NCBI GenBank assembly: GCA_049515535.1
Contig: JBEKTZ010000007.1
Span: 62,001-126,000 of the forward strand
Direction of reading: 5' to 3'
DNA: 64,000 nt
From: Candidatus Aminicenantales bacterium
GTDB lineage: Bacteria; Acidobacteriota; Aminicenantia; Aminicenantales; UBA4085
In this document: piece after piece, positions 58,368 to 64,000 of the stretch
Layout of the letters: the number at the start of each line of letters is the position of its first letter
Numbering within the stretch: the first letter of the stretch is position 1
Made by a program: the position numbers and the translations under genes
Notes under the pieces: generated by a model
What the model saw: only the letters and a program-made list of their open reading frames with translations
Databases searched by the model: none
Told to the model about the DNA's origin: nothing

Positions 58368-58579
58368 AGGGGAAGATCTCCTTTCGATTTCGACCCATTA
58401 TATATTTTTCGTTTGGGTGAGACAATCCCGCTTCAGAAAAAGAATAGAAATTGCTCCGGCCTCGGGAGTGATTTCGCAAAAAATGGGGAATCAAGTATTG
58501 TGTCTCCTTTTTTCCGCTCCTTTTTTCCGAAAAATCGCGTCGGCGGATTTTATGGGAATCTCCAGGCTTTTCGCCCGAG

Positions 58580-58608
58580 TTGACGGCCGGACCAGAGGGC
58601 GCTAAGAT
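58580..58608 (+). promoter_or_regulatory. sigma70-type promoter, near-leaderless, for rlmB
   Basis: TTGACG-17nt-TAAGAT, with ATG 8 nt downstream. Confidence 0.55.
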
Positions 58609-58616
58609 GGTCAGGA

Positions 58617-59336
58617 ATGGACAAGATCAGCCGGATCAACCCGCTCCTTGAGATCCTGCGGACGTCGCCGCAACGCGTCAACAAGATTTTCCTGCAGAAA
58701 GAAGGCGGGCGGCGGCCGGTCGGAGAGATTGTCGCGCTGGCCAAGGCCGGGCATGTTCCTTATCTCTTCATGCCCAAAAAGGCGCTCGACAAGCTCGCAT
58801 CCTATCACCAAGGCGTCGTGGCCCTCGTCTCCGCCAAAGAGTTTGTTCCCTTGGATGCCATTCTCGCCGCCGCGAAGACGCCTTTTCTCCTTCTTCTCGA
58901 TGAAATCGAGGATCCGCAGAACCTCGGCGCGATCCTGCGCAGCGCCGAAGGCGCGGGCGTGGACGGCGTCGTCATTCCCGAGCGCCGTTCGGCCGGATTG
59001 ACCGAAACCGTTTTCGAAGTCTCGGCCGGCGCGCTCGAACATCTCAAGGTCGCGCGCGTCCCCAATCTGGCCCAGGCCATGGATCTCCTCAAGGATAAGG
59101 GGATTTGGCTGGTCGGAGCGGAGGGAGAAGGGGACGGCCGATATTGGGAGTTCGATTACACCCAGCCCGTCGGCATCGTTCTCGGCTCGGAAGGGAAAGG
59201 CCTGCGCCCGCTTATCCGCAAGAAATGCGACAAGATCCTGTCCATTCCCCTGCGCGGCAAGGTCAATTCCCTCAACGTCGCTTCCGCCGCCTCGGTCTTC
59301 CTCTTCGAGGTCGTCCGCCGGCGACTCAATTTGTAG
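58617..59336 (+). CDS. rlmB: 23S rRNA G2251 2'-O-methyltransferase (SPOUT)
   Basis: HQGVVA, LDEIEDPQNLGAILRSA, GSEGKGLR, SLNVASA. Confidence 0.95.
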   Translation: MDKISRINPLLEILRTSPQRVNKIFLQKEGGRRPVGEIVALAKAGHVPYLFMPKKALDKLASYHQGVVALVSAKEFVPLDAILAAAKTPFLLLLDEIEDPQNLGAILRSAEGAGVDGVVIPERRSAGLTETVFEVSAGALEHLKVARVPNLAQAMDLLKDKGIWLVGAEGEGDGRYWEFDYTQPVGIVLGSEGKGLRPLIRKKCDKILSIPLRGKVNSLNVASAASVFLFEVVRRRLNL

Positions 59337-59374
59337 GCGTTGATTTCCGCCCATCGCCGCCTTTGCCTTCGTTC

Positions 59375-59404
59375 TTGACACGGGTTCGCCCGTCCCTATA
59401 GAAT
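59375..59404 (+). promoter_or_regulatory. sigma70-type promoter for accA-hisS-aspS
   Basis: TTGACA-18nt-TAGAAT. Confidence 0.55.
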
Positions 59405-59449
59405 AAACGCGTTCTTTACGGGTGGAAAGCCGATAAGACGGGTGTTTTA

Positions 59450-60409
59450 ATGACTCAGACGACCGAAGATTATTATCAACTTGAAAAGCCGATCATGCTC
59501 ATCAAGGAGCAAATTGATGCGCTTCAGCAGAACGGCGAGCCCGGCGCCCCGGAGAAAATCGCCGCTTTAAGGCTCGATATCGAGCGCGAATGGGCCAAGA
59601 TCTATCCCAATCTTACGCCCACGCAGATCGTCCAGATTGCGCGGCACCCCAAGCGGCCTTATTCCCTGGATTACATCAACGCTCTTATGCAGGATTTCAT
59701 GGAGATTCACGGCGACCGCCGGTTCGCCGACGACCCGGCCCTCGTCGCGGGCTTCGCCTTCTATAAGGGGGAAACCGTAGCCGTCCTTGGCCAGCAGAAA
59801 GGCCGGACGACGCGCGAGCGGATCGAGCGCAACTTCGGCCAGATGAATCCGGAAGGCTACCGGAAAGCTCTCCGGGTCGTGAAAATGGCCGAAAAATTCG
59901 GGTTCCCCGTCATCTCCCTTGTCGATACACAGGGGGCCGCCCCCGGGATCGGCGCGGAAGAACGCGGCCAGGCCGAGGCCATCGCCTATAACCTCAAGAT
60001 CTTCTCGACGCTCCGCGTTCCGATCGCGGTCATCGTCATCGGCGAGGGGGGAAGCGGCGGCGCCCTGGGCATCGGCGTCGGTGATTCGGTCATGATGCTC
60101 GAGAACTCGTTTTATTCCGTCATCAGCCCCGAGGGCTGCGCGGCCATCCTCTGGAAGGACCAGAACGCCGTCAAGCAGGCCGCGGAGAACATGAGAATCC
60201 GGGCCCAGGACCTTTTCGCCCTGGGCGTCATCGATAAAATCATCTCGGAACCCCCGGGCGGCGCTCATATCGACCCCGAGCAGACGTTCAAGAACGTGGA
60301 CATTCCCTTGAGCCAGACGCTGAAGAAGCTCAAGGAGACGCCGAAGGACAAGCTCCTCGAAGAACGGTATCAGAAGTTCAGGAAGATGGGGATCTACGTC
60401 GAAAAGTGA
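59450..60409 (+). CDS. accA: Acetyl-CoA carboxylase carboxyltransferase alpha subunit
   Basis: ARHPKRP, HGDR, PEGYRKA, GEGGSGGAL, VISPEGCAAILW. Confidence 0.97.
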   Translation: MTQTTEDYYQLEKPIMLIKEQIDALQQNGEPGAPEKIAALRLDIEREWAKIYPNLTPTQIVQIARHPKRPYSLDYINALMQDFMEIHGDRRFADDPALVAGFAFYKGETVAVLGQQKGRTTRERIERNFGQMNPEGYRKALRVVKMAEKFGFPVISLVDTQGAAPGIGAEERGQAEAIAYNLKIFSTLRVPIAVIVIGEGGSGGALGIGVGDSVMMLENSFYSVISPEGCAAILWKDQNAVKQAAENMRIRAQDLFALGVIDKIISEPPGGAHIDPEQTFKNVDIPLSQTLKKLKETPKDKLLEERYQKFRKMGIYVEK

Positions 60410-61683
60410 GCACCGAGAGCCCCGCGAAAAAGGATCTGGCCGCGCTCAAGGGGACCAAGGACATCCTCCCCGGCGAAGTCGAGCTCTGGCAGATGGTCGA
60501 GACGGAGGCCAAGCGGCTGTTCGAGCTCTACGGCTACCGCGAGCTGAGGGCGCCGATCATCGAGCCCACCGAGCTTTTCGAGAAGGGGACCGGCGAAACC
60601 ACGGATATCGTCACCAAGGAAATGTACACTTTTACGGACAAGGGCGGCCGCTCGGTCACGCTCCGTCCCGAGTACACGCCGTCCGTGGCCCGGGCCATCA
60701 TCGAGCACCGGCTCGACCTCCTGCCCGACCCGATGCGGTACTATTACATCGGGCCGATGTTCCGCTACGACAAGCCGCAGAAGGGCCGCTACCGCCAGTT
60801 CCACCAGATCGACATCGAGGTGTTCAACGAAAAAGATCCGGCCATCGACGCCGAGATCATAGAGATGGCCGCCGCCCTGCTCAAAAAACTGGGCGTCGAA
60901 GGAACCAAGACCCTCGTGAATTCCGTCGGCTGCCGGGCCTGCCGCCCGGCGTATGTGAAAGACCTCCGGGCGTACGCGGAAAGCGTCCGGGCGTCGCTCT
61001 GCCCCGACTGTCAGCGAAAGATCGCGACCAACCCCCTGCGCATCTTCGACTGCAAGGTCGAAGGCTGCCGCGAGCAGGCGAAAAATTTTCCCAAGATCAC
61101 GGGCTACTTGTGCCCGGAATGCCGCGAACATTTCGAGGCCGTCCGCTCCTACCTGGACCTTTATGAGGTCGATTACATCCTCGAGCCCGATCTCGTGCGC
61201 GGCCTGGATTATTACACGAAGACCACGTTCGAGATCGTCAGCGGCGGGCTCGGAGCGCAGAACGCGCTTCTCGGCGGCGGCCGCTATGATGACATGATGA
61301 AAGATTTCGGCGGGCCGGACATTTGCGGAATCGGATTCGCGATGGGCATGGAGCGGCTGATCTCCATCCTTCCCGCCCGGCCCGGGAAAAAGGGCCTCCT
61401 CTATTTCGCCTATATGGGAGATGAGGGGAAGAAGAAGGCCGTCGCGCTGGCCCGCTATTTCCGGCGGAACGGAGTCGAATCCCTGATCGAGTTCGGCCCC
61501 AAGAGCCTCAAGAACCAATTCAGCCGGGCCGGCAAGCTGGGCGCGGCGTGGGTCTGCGTCGTGGGCGAGGACGAAATCCGCAAGGGGCTGTTTCAGCTCA
61601 AGGACATGGCGGCCGGGATCCAGACCGGGGGGACGCCCGGCGATCTGTTAAAAATCATTCTCGATAAAAATAAGCAACCCTGA
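60406..61683 (+). CDS. hisS: Histidyl-tRNA synthetase
   Basis: KGTKD, LRPEYT, FRYDKPQKGRYRQF, LVRGLDYY, GGGRYD. Confidence 0.98.
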   Translation: MSTESPAKKDLAALKGTKDILPGEVELWQMVETEAKRLFELYGYRELRAPIIEPTELFEKGTGETTDIVTKEMYTFTDKGGRSVTLRPEYTPSVARAIIEHRLDLLPDPMRYYYIGPMFRYDKPQKGRYRQFHQIDIEVFNEKDPAIDAEIIEMAAALLKKLGVEGTKTLVNSVGCRACRPAYVKDLRAYAESVRASLCPDCQRKIATNPLRIFDCKVEGCREQAKNFPKITGYLCPECREHFEAVRSYLDLYEVDYILEPDLVRGLDYYTKTTFEIVSGGLGAQNALLGGGRYDDMMKDFGGPDICGIGFAMGMERLISILPARPGKKGLLYFAYMGDEGKKKAVALARYFRRNGVESLIEFGPKSLKNQFSRAGKLGAAWVCVVGEDEIRKGLFQLKDMAAGIQTGGTPGDLLKIILDKNKQP

Positions 61684-61735
61684 CGCGGCGAGGCGCGAGG
61701 CGCCGCGACAACGTCGCTCATGAAGGCGGGGAAAA

Positions 61736-63490
61736 ATGGCTGAACAAAAGGCAACCTGGAAGCGGACCCATTATTGCGGCGAGCTCCGGCCGGCGCACGC
61801 CGGGCACGACGTGGTCTTGATGGGCTGGGTCCATAAGAACCGCGACATGGGCAACTTGGTTTTCATCGATCTCCGCGACCGGGAAGGCCTGGCCCAGATC
61901 GTCTTCCGCGCGGACAGGCCCGCCTTGATCGAAGAAGCGAAAAAACTCCGGACGGAATACGTGGTCGGCGTGAAAGGAACGGTCCGGACGCGTGAGGCGA
62001 AGAACAAGGACCTGGTCACGGGCGAAGTCGAGGTGGAGGCCGAAGAATTGAAATTGTTCGCCGTGTCCAAGGTCCCGCCGTTCCCCATCGCAGATCCCCC
62101 GCAAGCCTCCGAGGAGCTCCGTTTCAAACACCGCTATCTCGATCTGCGGCGGCCGGCGATGCAGCGGAAAATCCGGCTGCGCCACGAAGCGGCGCTCCGC
62201 GTCCGGAATTTCCTGAGCCGGCACGGATTCTTCGAGATCGAAACGCCGTTCCTGGGGAAGTCCACGCCCGAGGGCGCCCGCGATTATCTCGTCCCCAGCC
62301 GGATTTACAAGGGACGCTTCTACGCCCTGCCGCAGTCCCCGCAGCTCTTCAAGCAGACGCTGATGATCGCCGGGTTCGACCGCTATTTTCAGATTGTCCG
62401 CTGCTTCCGCGACGAGGAGCTCAGGGCGGACCGCCAGCCGGAATTCACCCAGATCGATATCGAGATGAGCTTCATCGACCGCGAGGAATTTTTCGCATTG
62501 ATCGAGGGGATGATGGTCTCGCTGTTCGAGCTCATCGGCGAAAAATTGACGCCGCCGTTTCCGCGGCTGAGCTACGCGGAGGCGATGGAAAAATACGGGA
62601 GCGACAAACCGGACCTCCGCGTCCCTCTCGAGATGAAGGACCTGACGGGAATCGCGGCCGGGTTGAGCGCGGAATTCATCAAGTCCGTCCTGACCTCGGG
62701 CGGCCAAGTCAAAGGATTGCTCGTGCCGAAGGCGGCCGGCCTGTCGCGCGGACAGCTCGACAAGCTCGGAGAGAAGGCCAAATCGCTCGGGGCGAAGGGC
62801 CTGATGTGGATCAAAAAGCAGGACGGTTTCAAAGCGTCCCTGAAGCTGGCCGAAGGCGAGTTCGAAACGATCTGGAGGGAGCTTGGCGGCGGCGACGGCG
62901 ATCTGGCCCTGCTCATCGCCGATAAAAAGGAAACGGCCCTCAAAGCCCTCGGCGAGATCCGCCGGACATGGCCCCAAGAGCCTCCGGCGGGCGGCCGGCG
63001 CGTTTTCAAGTTCGCCTGGATGACGGATTTTCCGCTTCTCGAATGGAGCGAGGAGGAAAAGCGGCTGGTCTCCATGCACCATCCGTTCACCTCGCCGCTC
63101 GATGAGGACGTGGAATTCCTGGACACGGACCCGGCCCGGGTCCGGGCCAAGGCCTACGACCTGATCCTCAACGGCACGGAGATCGGCGGCGGCTCCATCA
63201 GAATCCACGACATGGATTTGCAGAGGAAGATGTTCGGCGTCCTGAAATTGACGCCCAAGGAGACCGAGGAAAAATTCGGATATTTTCTGGAGGCGCTCGG
63301 CTACGGCACGCCTCCGCACGGCGGGATCGCCTTCGGATTCGACCGGCTGGTCATGCTCCTGGCCGGGGAAGAATCCATCCGCGAGGTCATTCCGTTCCCG
63401 AAGACGACGAGCGCGCTGTGCTTGTTCACGAATTCGCCCTCGGAAGTCTCGGAGCGCCAGCTGAGCGAATTGGGCCTGAAACTGAAGTGA
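61736..63490 (+). CDS. aspS: Aspartyl-tRNA synthetase
   Basis: FIDLRDR, TPEGARDY, LPQSPQ, FRDE, GGGSIRIH, PPHGG.A.G.DR; GAD insert. Confidence 0.98.
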   Translation: MAEQKATWKRTHYCGELRPAHAGHDVVLMGWVHKNRDMGNLVFIDLRDREGLAQIVFRADRPALIEEAKKLRTEYVVGVKGTVRTREAKNKDLVTGEVEVEAEELKLFAVSKVPPFPIADPPQASEELRFKHRYLDLRRPAMQRKIRLRHEAALRVRNFLSRHGFFEIETPFLGKSTPEGARDYLVPSRIYKGRFYALPQSPQLFKQTLMIAGFDRYFQIVRCFRDEELRADRQPEFTQIDIEMSFIDREEFFALIEGMMVSLFELIGEKLTPPFPRLSYAEAMEKYGSDKPDLRVPLEMKDLTGIAAGLSAEFIKSVLTSGGQVKGLLVPKAAGLSRGQLDKLGEKAKSLGAKGLMWIKKQDGFKASLKLAEGEFETIWRELGGGDGDLALLIADKKETALKALGEIRRTWPQEPPAGGRRVFKFAWMTDFPLLEWSEEEKRLVSMHHPFTSPLDEDVEFLDTDPARVRAKAYDLILNGTEIGGGSIRIHDMDLQRKMFGVLKLTPKETEEKFGYFLEALGYGTPPHGGIAFGFDRLVMLLAGEESIREVIPFPKTTSALCLFTNSPSEVSERQLSELGLKLK

Positions 63491-63530
63491 GCCCGGGCGG
63501 CGGGCCAAATGCGAGGCGCCCGCCGGAGCG

Positions 63531-64000
63531 TCATTCCTTCAGAGCGTACCCTTTTTTCCGGAACAACGTCAGACACGCCGAGACGACGGCCGGGTCGTAG
63601 AGGACGCCTCTGTTGTTTTCGATCTCTCTCAACGCCGCCTCGATTCCCAAAGCTGGGCGATACGGTCGATGGGAGGCCATCGCCTCAATGACGTCGGACA
63701 CCGCCAGAATTCGGGATTCAAGAAGAATATCGTCGCCCTTCAGTCTCTGCGGATACCCGGATCCGTTCATCCGTTCATGATGCTGGAGAATCATTTGGGC
63801 GATAGGCCAGGAAAAATCGATGTCATGGAGAATGTCGTGGCCGACTTTAGGATGCGATTTGATCATTTCAAATTCTAGATTCGTCAGGCTGGCCGGTTTG
63901 CTCAAAATTTCCGCGGGGATGGATACTTTCCCGATATCGTGAATGATCCCGGCCGTGCGCAGCCCTTCCACCCGGTCCGCGGTGAGTCCCATTTCCTGGC
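63531..64000 (-). CDS. HD-GYP domain protein (cyclic di-nucleotide phosphodiesterase family), 5' end outside window
   Basis: HDIGK, HHERMNGSGYP, AVSDV.EAM.S.RPYR. Confidence 0.9.
   Translation of the reverse strand, partial: QEMGLTADRVEGLRTAGIIHDIGKVSIPAEILSKPASLTNLEFEMIKSHPKVGHDILHDIDFSWPIAQMILQHHERMNGSGYPQRLKGDDILLESRILAVSDVIEAMASHRPYRPALGIEAALREIENNRGVLYDPAVVSACLTLFRKKGYALKE

Overview
GC-rich bacterial chromosomal segment from a diderm. Gene content suggests Acidobacteriota/Ca. Aminicenantes; this is an inference, not verified. Housekeeping genes: accD-folC, a partial F-type ATP synthase operon (b', b, delta, alpha, gamma, beta, short epsilon), a tRNA methyltransferase, wzm/wzt, rfaE2, mfd, two PPIases, envC/S41/yibQ-like genes, carAB, rlmB, accA, hisS and aspS. 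Accessory genes: a Tat-exported PaoABC-like molybdoenzyme, a GH38 mannosidase, a GT2/B12-radical SAM/carbamoyltransferase/GT-C cluster, and secreted proteins sharing a C-terminal FN3-like domain. Most notable observations: (1) Four copies of a 106-107 bp cloverleaf-folding element bounded by TTKAT pentamers. An empty site lies inside this window, and the element's central loop is the reverse complement of its predicted circle junction. (2) A spermidine synthase fused to two tandem AdoMet-decarboxylase-like domains whose catalytic residues are split between the copies, as in the eukaryotic enzyme. (3) A ~7.4 kb island flanked by a duplication of the carB 3' end plus terminator. It carries an IS630, an uncharacterised LolA/YidD/TPR module, an SH3-OMP gene frameshifted in a G9 tract, and a pseudogene. 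No rRNA, tRNA or CRISPR array was seen.
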